Notes under the pieces: model-generated
What the model saw: only the letters and a program-made list of their open reading frames with translations
Databases searched by the model: none
Told to the model about the DNA's origin: nothing
Program-made: the position numbers and the translations under genes
Shown: positions 1 to 12,559 of the stretch, one piece after another
Layout: every line of letters starts with the position of its first letter
Numbering within the stretch: the first letter of the stretch is position 1
Assembly (NCBI RefSeq): GCF_001194135.2
Contig: NC_068981.1
Span: 181,564,675-181,628,674 of the forward strand
DNA length: 64,000 nucleotides
Origin: Octopus bimaculoides
Taxonomy: Eukaryota
Reading direction: 5' to 3'

Positions 1-1482
1 GGAAGACACACACAAACAGGATTCCACACAGTTTCTGCTTACCAAATTCTATCACAAGGCATTGGTCAGCAGAAGACACTTGCCAAGTTACTACCCAATG
101 AGACTGAACCAATAACTACATGGAAACAAAATAAGCTTCTTAAACACACAGCCATGCCTAAAATAAAATAAAAGCTATATTCTATACTAACTGAAAATAT
201 ACACTAACTATTTTTAACTTTCATTGATTTCCAATGCTGTTACAGTAATGAACATGTCTGTTGCTTCCATCGTTATCCAATATATTTGTCTCAGCTCTGG
301 GCTGGGTGTGAGATAACATGAAGTTATTCTATCTCAGAAAATCTTTACTGATTTTTTAATAAAGGAATTAAATTTAAAGAAATATTGCCAGTGGAGCGCT
401 AACAGCACCATCCGAGCGGGATTACTGCCAGGTGCCGGTGCGATCATATCCAGCTTTGCCTTACTGGCACTTGTACTGGTGGCATGTGAACAAAACATTG
501 GACTGATTCCTGTGCAGGTGGCACGTAAAATATACCATTTTGAGCGTGATCATTGCCAGTACCGCCGGACTGGCCCTCGTGCCAGTGGCACATAAAAAGC
601 ACCCACTACACTCACGGAGTGGTTGGCGTTAGGAAGGGCGTCCAGCTGTAGAAACTCTGCCAAATCAGATTGGAGCCTGGTGTAGCCATCTGGTTCGCCA
701 GTCCCCAGTCAAATCGTCCAACCCATGCTAGCATGGAAAGCGGACATTAAAAGATGATGATGATGATTGCATTCTTATGTTCTCTTTCTTGTAACTTGAT
801 GCTATCTCATAACAACTCTGCATCCTCATCTCTCCGTTACCACCTGGAGTAGCCATGCATTTCCTCTTTTCTGCCCCTCTTTCATACTTTAACCAACCAT
901 CACCTGGTACAAAGCCACCGCCCTCAATACTACACCCCACCCCTTAGTCGAGTGAGTTTTACTTTGAGTTACTTGGTGGCCTCACTAATGCCTGTGCCAT
1001 GTAAAAAATATCCAGTACACTCTTGTAAAGTAATTGGTATTAAGGAGGGCATCTAGGCATAGAAACCATGTCAAAACAGACACTGGGGCTTGTCGCAATC
1101 CCCTGGCTCCTCAGCTCCTGACACACTGTCCAACCCATGCTAGCATGGAAAGCATGTATTTGATGGTGATGGTGTTAGGAAGGGCATCCAGCTGTACAAA
1201 TCTTGCCAAAACAGTCACAGAAGTCTGGTGCAGACTTCTGCCTGGCTGGCTCTTGTGAAACCGTCCTACCCGTGCTAGCATGGAAAGCAGACATTAAACG
1301 ATGATGATACATTTCTTCCAGCTCTTTACATTCTGAGTTCAACTCTACCCTCACTCCTTTCAGGGTCAATAAAATAAAGGACCAGTCAAGTACTGGAATC
1401 ACTGTAATCAACCAGCCCCAACCTTTCCACAAATTTCAGGTCTTGTGCCTATATTAATACAAAGAAGAAAATATATGATTAC

Positions 1483-1680
1483 CTTAATACTTAAATTACG
1501 GTTTGTAGTTGGTAAAGATGGATCTTTGGTACGAATATGTTGCAGCACTTGAATGGTCCTGGTTTTAAAGCTGGTGTCTGTAAAATTATCCTTTTTGGGC
1601 AGCTTTTTGCCAACTTTGACTTTTCTCTTTTTAAAATCTTCATTTTTTTTCTTCCTTGATTTCTGTTTTGTTTTGCCCAT
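1483..1680 (-). CDS. TEX10: Testis-expressed protein 10 / Ipi1 (rixosome subunit), first coding exon, 66 aa; gene continues beyond the window start
   Basis: MGKTKQKSRKKKNEDFKKRKVKVGKKLPKKDNFTDTSFKTRTIQVLQHIRTKDPSLPTTNRNLSIK resembles the TEX10/Ipi1 N-terminus as recalled (DFQKVKLKVGKKKPK..NATPTNFKTKTI..LP..NRKLNIK). Acceptor tttcag|AC ATG just upstream; donor AAG|gtaatc, phase 0. Confidence 0.9.
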
Positions 1681-1950
1681 GTCTGAAATATGAATATTAA
1701 ACAAAATCAGTTTTACACTGTTTAATTACCATTCAAACATTTTACTTCATTTTATTTAATCCTTTTGATACCAACCTAGCTGAGATTCTATGAGATTCTA
1801 TGAGATTCTATGATACAAACTTTGAGCATTTAAGTGCTCTTCATTTAACCCCTTAGTGTTCAAATCATTCTGTCCAATGTAATACTTATTTATTCACATT
1901 GTTTTGAATTATGCATGCGTTTTCTTGTAGCTTTGAGATTTTGATAAGGT

Positions 1951-2337
1951 GTTGTTGTTAGCACTCCGTCGCTTACGACGTCGAGGGTTCCAGTTGATCC
2001 GATCAACAGAACAGCCTGCTCATGAAATTAACATGCAAGTGGCTGAGCATTCCACAGACACGTGTACCCTTAACGTAGTTCTCGGAGATATTCAGCGTGA
2101 CACAGTGTGACAAGGCTGGCCCTTTGAAATACGGGTACAACAGAAGCAGGAAGAAAGAATGAGAGAAAGTTGTGGTGAAAGAGTACAGCAGGGTTCGCCA
2201 CCATCCCCTGCCGGAGCCTCGTGGAGCTTTAGGTGTTTTCGCTCAATAAACACTCACAACGCCCAGTCTGGGAATCAAAACCGCGATCCTATGACCATGA
2301 GTCCGCTGCCCTAACCACTGGGCCATTGCGCCTCCAC
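1951..2337 (-). mobile_element. tRNA-derived SINE with (AAC)n tail, inserted in a piggyBac-type MITE
   Basis: Minus strand begins gtggaggcgcaatggcccagtggttagggcagcggac..ttgattcccag. An 11-bp target-site duplication tttgataaggt lies at 1940-1950 and 2338-2348. Confidence 0.85.
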
Positions 2338-4153
2338 TTTGATAAGGTAACTGTTAACATTTAGACAGATATTGTAGGGTTGTTGTGAGAGGCCAGATCT
2401 GGCCAGTTTGAATATAGAACAAGTAGAATATTTGGGCCTGTATGACCTGTTTAAATGCCAAAGGAGTAAAGGTCATGTTATTTTATGTATAAACACCAGT
2501 TTATTACTTTCAGAATTAACTGAAACATAGGCAGTGTATTTCAACAGAAATCTGATAACAAAAAGGTTATGGATATCTGGCAACAAAAAGATTAAGGAAA
2601 CAAACCTCAATCTCTGAGAAGCCTTACACCTGCCTGATGCACTGGATCTTTCATTTCTTGCACACAATTCACACTGCCATCTACACTTTCAGAAATCCTA
2701 CAAACTTACCCACCTTCTCCTATCAATGGACCCACATTAATAGCTATAAAAAGGATCAATTAGATGAAAGTAAGACAACTTGATCACAACATGTGGTTAT
2801 TTGTACTTAAATACCACTTCAGCTATATTGCAATACAACTGGAGAATGGAGTGTATATTATATAAAATATAGTATTTTATATATAAACGTGTGTGAGAGA
2901 AAGAGAAAAGAGAGCAAGTCACCTAATGGTTGAGGTATCGCACCTTAACAATTACAATGTTATGGTTTTGATTCTTGGACTGAGGGTTTGTTGTGTTCTT
3001 GAACAAGACACTTCATCTCACATAGATCTTCAAAATCTTGGACATGTGATGTGTAGCACAACATGCACTTGTACAGACAATGTCAGTTTGATGGAGCAAG
3101 TGGGTTTGGAAAAACTGAAGGACCATTGCAATAAGTGTGTGAGTCTGAGAGGGGAAGCTGTCAAATAAAATCATAATTAACTGATCCTCTTGTACTTCCT
3201 TTTACCCAAAGCCAGGAACTTTTCAGCACCCCCTTGTATAGAGTTATATATACTGCTGTTAGTTTGGGGGCTGGAGTAGTGTTTATTTAAATTACATAGA
3301 AAATATAGTGATTTTTGGAAGTGTTGTAGTAGTACCACAGTGTTGTTGTTGAGTGATGATTGAGCAAACCTTATGATTATCCGGTCTTTTTTATATGTCA
3401 AGGTCTATACTGGCCAATATGTTCTTCGTTTCAACACAGTAGGGTGTGATTTGAAAGAGATTTGGCTCCTATTTCTTGTAGGCTGAGTGACCACATCAGA
3501 GGCTTTGTTTGTTTGTGTTCTAGAGTTGGAAGTGTTGGTTAAATAAGTAGATATCTAGTTTTATAGTTTGAAACTGAACTCTAATCATGGACTGTGACAT
3601 TCATATATAGTGATAATGAAGGGGTTTCTATCAAACCATGGACATACGAATGTGTAAATCTCATACAACAAACAGTAAGGAGTAGGAGTGGCTGTGTGGT
3701 AAGTAGCTTGCTTACGAACCACATGGTTCCAAGTTCAGTCCCACTGCGTGGCACCTTGGGCAAGTGTTTTCTACTATAGCCTCGGGCCGACCAAAGCCTT
3801 GTGAGTGGCTTTGGTAGACGGAAACTGAAAGAAGCCCGTCGTATATATGTATATATATATATATATGCATGTGTGTGTATATGTTTGTGTGTCTGTGTTT
3901 GTCCCCCCCAACATCGCTTGACAACTGATGCTTGTGTGTTTATGTCCCCGTAACTTAGCGGGATCGATTTGCTCAACTAAAGGCAGTGCTCCAGCATGGT
4001 CACAGTCAAATGACTGAAACAAGTAAAAGAGTTGAAAAAAAGAGTAATGTCTGATTTGAGAGAGGTTTGGCTATTATAATAAGTTAAACCATGTAGAGGT
4101 ACCATTTGCTAATGATGCTTTCGGCATGGTATAAAGGCACATAGCTACATGGT

Positions 4154-4760
4154 NNNNNNNNNNNNNNNNNNNNNNNNNNNNNNNNNNNNNNNNNNNNNNN
4201 NNNNNNNNNNNNNNNNNNNNNNNNNNNNNNNNNNNNNNNNNNNNNNNNNNNNNNNNNNNNNNNNNNNNNNNNNNNNNNNNNNNNNNNNNNNNNNNNNNNN
4301 NNNNNNNNNNNNNNNNNNNNNNNNNNNNNNNNNNNNNNNNNNNNNNNNNNNNNNNNNNNNNNNNNNNNNNNNNNNNNNNNNNNNNNNNNNNNNNNNNNNN
4401 NNNNNNNNNNNNNNNNNNNNNNNNNNNNNNNNNNNNNNNNNNNNNNNNNNNNNNNNNNNNNNNNNNNNNNNNNNNNNNNNNNNNNNNNNNNNNNNNNNNN
4501 NNNNNNNNNNNNNNNNNNNNNNNNNNNNNNNNNNNNNNNNNNNNNNNNNNNNNNNNNNNNNNNNNNNNNNNNNNNNNNNNNNNNNNNNNNNNNNNNNNNN
4601 NNNNNNNNNNNNNNNNNNNNNNNNNNNNNNNNNNNNNNNNNNNNNNNNNNNNNNNNNNNNNNNNNNNNNNNNNNNNNNNNNNNNNNNNNNNNNNNNNNNN
4701 NNNNNNNNNNNNNNNNNNNNNNNNNNNNNNNNNNNNNNNNNNNNNNNNNNNNNNNNNNNT
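4154..4760. other. Assembly gap (others: 20237-20246, 21789-22325, 29910-30748, 38776-39191, ~44502-44526, ~48171-48198, ~52617-52626, 54710-55043, 55985-56358)
   Basis: Runs of N; all X-filled ORFs are artefacts. Confidence 0.99.
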
Positions 4761-5307
4761 TTTTTTTAATTTCAATTACCCCCACCCCACCCCCAATTTG
4801 TTTGCTTTGTTTACAGTTGACAAGACATGCTGTCACACACAAAATGACAGCTTCCAAATCCTGTTTCCTGATTGGGTGAAAAATTATCAAACTTTAAACC
4901 TGTATAACTTTTTAAAAAACATTTTTCTGAAATAAGTGAAACAACTGTGCATATGTCATGGATGAAATTCTTCCATTACAAAAAGTCTCGCTATTCCAAC
5001 CCAGATCCCACTGACATTTTCTTTCAGATGCTTCTTCACATGCCGAGAAGTAAATGAACATTAAAATTTCTCTTAAGTCTAGATTGCTATCGGCAAAGAA
5101 TACGTCACATCTCAGACCTTTATCCTTTCTACTCGGCCTTCCACATCTCAGTCTTTTCTTTGTTTTGCTACCCTTTATCAATTCCATATTTTGGTTACAC
5201 ATGCAACAAACTCTCACACGATGTAACAGTCCAATATCTTGGCAAAACATAATTGTCAATTCAAGCAATTGACGGATATTAGAGCTGCTGATATTAATAA
5301 AGTTCAT
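4761..5307 (-). pseudogene. Merlin (IS1016/IS1595-like) DNA transposase, N-terminal part, disrupted; runs into a gap
   Basis: FCQDIGLLHRVRVCCMCNQNMEL..RLRCGRPSRK..VFFADSNLDLREILMFIYFSACEEASERKCQWDLGWNSET resembles the Merlin zinc-ribbon/HTH region as recalled. After a break, KQIGGGVGVIEI resembles the IGGPG.IVEIDE motif that precedes the first catalytic Asp. Confidence 0.75.
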
Positions 5308-7479
5308 AATTAAATAATGAAGTTAAATTGTGCTTTTTATACCTTTTTAATCAACTTCGCTGTATGTTCAACACTAACTTCTAATGGTTCCGTAATGGAT
5401 CTAGTTGGTTTGGCTACCAGCATTTCAAAAATTAAATTTTATCGAAAAGTTTTAAAATTTGGCACAATAATGTACATTTCCAATTGGAATTAAAAATTTT
5501 TTTTTGCTAAATCATAATCTTCAATATCAAAAACATATGAATCTGAAAAAATTTAAAAGAAAAATTACTGGTACAAAAGTTATATGGTGGTGGTGGTAGA
5601 TTCAGAAGTACCCCAGTTCCTTTTATTTTCTTGGTATGGTACCAGTGAATACCTTCACTAAGAACATTTGTGTTATTTTCTGTCTTTATACTCTTTTGTC
5701 TTTTTGTGTATATGCTCAACTAAAGGCGGTGCTCCAGCATGGCCACAGTCAAATGACTGAAACAAGTAAAAGAGTAAAAAAAAATGTAATGTCTGATTTG
5801 AAGGAGATTTGGCTATTATAATAAATTAAACCAAAAGAGTATATATATACACATATTTATGTGTGTTTTGGTATCTGTCACCCCAATATCACTTGACAAC
5901 CGATGTTGGTGTGTTTATGTCCCTGCAACTTAGTGGCTCAACAAAAGAGACCGATTGAATAAGTACTAGGCTTACAAAGATTAAGTTCTGGGGTCGATTT
6001 CTTCGACTAAAATCCTTTAAGGCGGTCCTCCAGCATGGATACAGTCAAATGAGTGAAACGTGTAAAAGAATAAATAGAAAAGTAACAGACTTGTCAAAGC
6101 GGTCTGAATACCAAAGGGTTAAAGTGCCAGGCACTCTAAATGGAGACCAATCTTAAGAAGCTGAACTACAGAGGACACTGACATGTAAATGATGTGCGGG
6201 AGAATAATAACGGTCTATGCAAGTCTAGAAAAATGAATGCTAAAAAATATTAATAGCAGTGACAATGAAAGCTTAGTATATCTGCCTCTCTTTCAGCCAT
6301 CATGTTTATGTTGAAGTCTCTATTTACTGCTGCCTTTCTCTCTCACCAATCACACGCCTCTGTTGTCTGTACCTCCCCACTATCATTCTGTCTTCCATCA
6401 CACTTAGGTAATGAGATGACGTTACCTTGCATCTATTTGTATGCAATTCTTCTCTCATCATTCATGCTGTTCATCTCTTTCTATTTCTCTTCCAGACCTC
6501 CACTCCATCACTTCCTCTGCTATCAACACTTGCTGTTTTTGCTAGAGATATATCTATATTTTTTCTTACTTTTGTAAAATCACAAGCTTTTTTTTTTCTG
6601 TTTAAGTAATTTTTTTTTTTTCTGTTTAAGTGATTTTTTTCTTTTCTTTATCCAAAATTCTGAAACACCAAATTTTCTTCCATGAATGTATTTTATTTAA
6701 TAATCCCAATATGACAAGACAATTCAAATTTTTGAAAAAGGAACAAATTATTTTTCCCCTTCAAATTTCCCTCCCAAAATTAATGGACTATAATACATGC
6801 AACTGCGTATTACGTACAGACAAGTAGGATTGTATATGTGTTAAGCCAATGCAAAAGTTGTCATGAAATATAACAATATTTCCTTTCAGTAATTTGTTCC
6901 AATAATAGAGAAATAATTACAAAAATAAAACACAATAATTGAATTGTCAAATGCATTAATGATTGCTTCCAATTTCAATCTACTAATAAATTAAAATGGT
7001 TGGTAAACAACGTAAAGATAATATATAATATGAAGAATTTTATACGTCAACGGGATACTTGGCGTTGTCTTGGAAATGGAAAAAAAAAACAAAAAAAAAC
7101 ACAGTTGATGGATACTTTGATAAATGGTAATCATCGTAATTCTGCATAAATTTATCCTTTTGAACACAATGTCTATTATTTGTTACAGATAAATGTTTCC
7201 CGTGTTTCGAGAGAAAGAGAGAATATCATTTATCTTTTACTCCTGTCAGTTATTGGACTATGGCCATGCTGGGGCATTATCTTGAAGGGTTTTAGTCAAA
7301 CTGATTAACAACCTGTATTTATTATTTTAAAACCTGATTCTTATTCCATCAGTCTCTTTTGCCAAACTGCTAAGCTACAAGGATGTAAAATGACCAACAC
7401 CGGTAAGCAACAAGGTAAACAAACATTACGTTTGACAGAGTAATTTGATTGCTAAAGGATTAAGCTGGTACTCTGTTAG

Positions 7480-7790
7480 TTATGACAACAAGGGTTCCAC
7501 TTAATCCAATCAATGAAACAGCCTGCTTGTGAAATTAACATGCAAGTGGCTGAGCACTCCATAGACATGTGTACCCTTAACGTAATTCTGAGGGAGATTT
7601 AGCATGACACAAAGTGTGACAATGCTGGCCCCTTTGAAATACAGGTAAAACTCATTTTGTCATCTGAGTGGACTGGAGCGACGTGAAATAAAGGGTCTTG
7701 CTCAAAGACACAACTTGTTGCCGAGAATTGAACTCGTGATCTTATGATCAAGAGTTGAATACCCTAACCACTAAGCCACGTGCCTAATGA
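7480..7790 (-). mobile_element. tRNA-derived SINE, different head, same tail as 1951-2337
   Basis: Head ggcacgtggcttagtggttagggtattc..gagttcaattctc; shares the tail cagcctgct.gtgaaattaacatgcaagtggctgagca..gtacccttaacgta. Confidence 0.75.
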
Positions 7791-8439
7791 TGCTTGGGTT
7801 GAGCCAGCATCATTAAAAATAAAACATTTCAATACTTCTTTGTTACCAAGACCTCTATGAAAGATTAGGTCAATAACAACAAGGCATGCTTTATTGTACA
7901 ATGTTCAGGTATAGTAACTATGCATTCATTGACATGTTTTTGGCCATTCCCCTATATTCCTTCTGAGGCACAATAACCCTTTTGAGATTAACCCACCTGA
8001 TACTGTCCCTGGTTTTACAATACAAACTTCCTGTTTTGAAGTGATCTAAGTTGAAACTCCAATCAAAATTTTATGTTCATGCATATTCCAAGCACCAGCT
8101 TAATAATAGTTTAAAATTTTGGCACAGAGCCAGCAATATTGGTGGTGAGAGAAAATCGATTACATTGACCCCAGTGCTTGAGTGGTAGTTATTTTATCGA
8201 CCTCAAAAGAATGAAAGGCAAAGTCAACCTTGGTGGAATTTGAACCCAGAATGTAAAGACAGATGAAATACCACTAAATCTTTTGCCGAGCATGCTAATG
8301 ATTCTACCAGCTTGTTGCCTTCAACATCAGCTTAATAGTGTCAATTATTTTACTAAATTCTTCATTAATTTATTGATTAATAGAAGCAAAGAAGTGTATT
8401 TCAACAGAAATATGGTAACAAAAAAGGTTAACTGACTGA

Positions 8440-8930
8440 CATGATTTAACTATATCTCTACTAAATGGATTCCATATTCAACCAGTTTTAAGTACCTAGT
8501 ACTTAATTACTTCATTCAGACCATGCATGATCTCCGAGCAGTTGATTAAAAATGTCATTTTGTAATATTTTTGCAATAATCAGGTTGGAAATTGATCTGC
8601 AAAATTAATAAATTCATTCGATTAATTAATTGTGCCACATTTTAATCCACTATTTTCTTAGCTGTTCTGAAAGTAAATATTTAGTTTTTCTGGCCAACCA
8701 TTATTGGTGCATTGCTTGAATTAAAACAATATATCAGAATTCAGGGCACATTCAATTTCGTTAGCAGGAACCAGTATTCATCAGAGAATTTGATCAATAT
8801 TTTTTGCGCATTTTGAATCCAGAGAGATTTTTTTATAACTTTCATTGAAATCACAATTGGGTTTCAATGGCTCTCTTGATAATGCCTCAGTATGTGTGTT
8901 TCGTTTCAAAGTTACATGACATCATAATCC
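8440..8930 (-). pseudogene. Ty3/Gypsy pol remnant (RNase H end, linker, integrase Zn-binding start), heavily decayed
   Basis: Manual minus-strand translation gives HTEALSREPL (cf. HADALSRLPL), LNSDILF*FKQCTNNGWPEKL (cf. DPIL..V..YI.NGWPE), IIAKILQNDIFNQLLGDH and WNPFSRDIVKSC, with many stops and frameshifts. Confidence 0.55.
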
Positions 8931-9564
8931 TTTTAATGTCCAATTTTCTAATGCTGGCATGGGTCAGATGGAATTCAGTCAGACAGACTTTCTATGGCCA
9001 TATGTCTTTCTTGTTGCCAACCCTCACCTGTTTCCAAGCAAGGTAATATTTCCTCCTGACTGGACATGTTCCCGTGGAAGATTGGAAACAAATAACACTG
9101 CTTTTGATGGTAACATTTGTTTACAACTATCACACAATGTCAAGATACAGCCGTATATGCATATTTATGATGGCTTCTTTCAGCTTCCATCTATCCAATC
9201 CTCAAACTAGGCTTTGGTGTTGGCCCATAGCTATTGTAGAAGACACTTGTCCAAGGTGCTATGAAGTGGAATGGAAATTAAAATCAACAGGTTGGGAAGA
9301 AAACATCTTAACCGTACAGCTTTGCATATACCTATATATATATATTTGTACAACTCCAATGATAATGCCCAACAATTTCAATCTCAGGGACCCAGCTGCT
9401 GATACATTTTTATCCAGTGAGAATATGGATATTAGCATCTTGCGATTGGTAATCAATACATAATATTCTCTATAGAGAAATTTGATGACAAGTGACCAAG
9501 TCTTCTTGAGATTTGCTGTGCTGGAGAAGATACATCAAGCTAAGTGAACCATGGTCATTGCCAG

Positions 9565-9930
9565 TGGCACATAAAAGGTGCCTGTGTCAATGACATGTAA
9601 AAGGCACTTGTGCTGGTGACATAAATGGCACCTGTGCTGGTGACGTGTAAAAGGCACCTGTGCCGGTGACGCTTAAAAGGCACCTGTGCAGGTAACCCAT
9701 AAAAGGTGCTGGTGACATGTAAAAGGCGCCTGTGCTGGAGATGCGTAAAAGCACATGTGCCGGTGACGTGTACAAGGTGCTTATGCCGGTGATGTGTAAA
9801 AGGTGCCTGTGCTGGTGATACTTAAAAGGCACCAGTGCTGATGATGTGTAAAATGCAACCATGCTGGTGACACATAAAAGGCACTCATGACTGATGTGTA
9901 AAAGGAATTTGTGCTGGTGACACGTAAAAT
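9565..9930 (+). repeat. ~26-bp minisatellite derived from the RTE-tail motif
   Basis: cctgtgctggtgacgtgtaaaaggca repeated roughly 13-15 times; a related array on the opposite strand at ~53535-53750. Confidence 0.85.
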
Positions 9931-9968
9931 GTATCCATTACACTCAATAAAATGGTTGGCATTATTAA

Positions 9969-10190
9969 CCCATTAACACCTATGGTCCTATTTTTTTAGG
10001 ACCAGAAGGATAATCCACGATATTTCTGCAATACCTGTATTTTTCTGAGGTATTATTAGTTAGTCATCAAGACTGAAGTGTCTTTTAAATATTCTAATAA
10101 AATTTTTTTTATAAATTTAGTATCAGATAAAGTTGTATAAAAAAAGGTTTTTGGTAATTAATTAAATAAAAAAATTTGGGCACTAATGGA
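9969..10190. mobile_element. piggyBac-type MITE inserted in an RTE-tail element
   Basis: TTAA duplication at 9965-9968 and 10191-10194; ends cccattaac / ctaatgga; splits the host motif ggttggcatta|gaagggcatccagc. Confidence 0.7.
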
Positions 10191-12559
10191 TTAAGAAGGG
10201 CATCCAGCTGCAGAAACCCTACCAAACAGACAACTGGAGCCTGGTGCAGCTCTCTGGCTTACCAGCTCCAGTCAAACCGTCTAACCCATGCCAACAAGGA
10301 AAGCAGACATCAAGTGATGATTACAAAGACAGACCATATAATAACCCTTCTTCATATGTGTTCAGTGTTTGTAAGCTAGCGAGCTGGTAGAAATGTTACT
10401 GTGCCAGGAAAAATGCGGCATTTCTTCAGGTTTTAGATTTTGAGTTCAAATGCTGCTGGGGTTGATGGCCATAATTTGAAACCAGTGTTTTACGTGTGTG
10501 AGTTAACTGACATTCAACACCCTTCTCATGTAAAAGAACTGCTCAAACACTGACTGTTTACTGCTTAAAAACACTGTAATGCAGTCTGACCTCATTCACT
10601 TTATGAATGATGCAGACTTTTATCCAAATTATACCATGGTGCAGTGGAATCTACCATGTTCTTAATAAACATGCAATATTATCAACTTTCTGGAACAAAT
10701 GTTAAAATTTCTTTTGCATATTCTGGAATAGTGACCAATGTTTTAATAGCATCCTGAATAATCTTTAGCAAGTTGCACAAATAACATAACCAAGATAATT
10801 GACTTCTTAGGTGGTGGTGGTGGTGGGGATGGAGTAGTTGAAAAAAAAAAAAAAAAAAGAGATGGCGTATTTCTTTAGAACAGTTTAAGAAATAATCTTT
10901 TAATCAATTTTAACAATCTTTTAACTATTTTTTAAAATTATCAATATCCAAATATGCAGCAGATATAGCTCTGTGGTTAAGAAGTTCACTTTGCAATCAT
11001 GAGGTCATGGGTTCAATTCCACAGCATGGCACTTTGGGTGGCAAGTGTCTTGTACTAAATGGATCCAGGTTGACCAATGCCTTTTGAGTGAACATAGTAG
11101 GTGGAAAATGCATGAAAGCTCATTATATCATATCATATATATACACATATATGCATGCACGTTAGTTCCCTCCACCACTTGACAACCAGTGCTGGTTTGT
11201 TTATGTTTCTGTAAGAGATTGATAGAATAAGTACCAAAGGCGGAGAACTGGCAGAAACGTTAGTACGTCAGGCGAAATGCTTTGCGGTATTTCATCTGCC
11301 GTTACGTTCTGAATTCAAATTCCGCCGAGGTCAACTTAGCCTTTCATCCTTTCGGGGTCGATTAAATAAGTACCGGTTACATACTGGGGTCGATGTAATC
11401 GACTTAATCCCTTTGTCTGTCCTTGTTTGTCCCCTCTATGTTTAGCCCCTTGTGGGCAATAAAGAAATAAGAATAAGTACCAAACTTTAAAAAAATAAGT
11501 ACTGGGAGCAATTTATTAAATTAAGCCACAACCCAATAATTAAAATAAGGAAAAGATAATACTTTATTTCGGATAAAGACAAAAATTTCCCATTCATCAT
11601 ACGATTGACCAGTTTTCCTATGGAAGAATTTCTTGAAATGACTGAGCAATTTAACAGTAATTAGAAAGATCTTTGTCTAGTTCTTCAGGTCTAAATAGAC
11701 GGCTTATTAGTTCAGTTTCGGGATCAATCCACAATTGTAGATATTTTTATTTATGATTTTTAACTTTGTATATTTTGAAAAATGCATTTGGAGTTACTCT
11801 TTTACTTGTTTCAGTCATTTGACAGTGGCTATGCTGGAGCACCGCCTTCATAGTCGAGCAAATCGACTCCAGGACTTATTCTTTGTAAGCCTAGTACTTA
11901 TTCTATAGGTCTCTTTTTGCCGAACTGCTAAGTTACGGGGGACGTAAACACACCAGCATCGGTTGTCAAGCGATATTGGGGGGACAAACACAGACATACA
12001 AACATATACACCCATACATATATATGTATTCATATATATGACGGGCTTCTTTCAGTTTCTGTCAACCAAATTCACTCGCAAGGCTTTGGCCGGCCTGTGG
12101 CTATAGTAGAAGATACTCGCTCAAGGTGCCACGCAGTGGGACTGAACCCGGAACCATGTGGTACGTAAGCAAGCTATTTACCACACAGCCACTCCTATGC
12201 ATTTCCTAATTACAACTGTATGGTACCTTGAGAAAATGTTTTCTACTATAGCTGTGGGTAACTGAAAGCGTTTAAGTGGATCCGTTGGATTGAACTAAAA
12301 GTAAGCCTATTTGTGGGTGTGTGTGTGCATGTTTTGTCTTGACATTATACAAAAGTTGTAAACAAGTGCCCTTGTCATACAAGTAGTGTCTATTTCCAGT
12401 CTGCCATGAAAACATGTCCGGCCAAGGGAAACATCCTGTGAACTGGTGAGGATTAGTGACTGGAAGGGCATCTGGCCATAGAAAATCTGTCTCAACAAAT
12501 TCCGTTTGAGCGTGAAAAAGTGGATGTTATGGTGATGATCACAATTGAAATGATGACAA

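Noticed and set aside
200-345. Possible TEX10 exon 2
   Set aside because: No frame resembles the expected continuation (DLLSQ..HYN) and stops are present; it looks like a repeat remnant.
4779-4794. G-rich tract on the minus strand (possible G4)
   Set aside because: Only three G runs, and it encodes the Merlin GGGVG segment.
11560-11790. Minus-strand frame YLQLWIDPETELISRLFRPEELDKDL
   Set aside because: Multiple stops and no motif I can assign.
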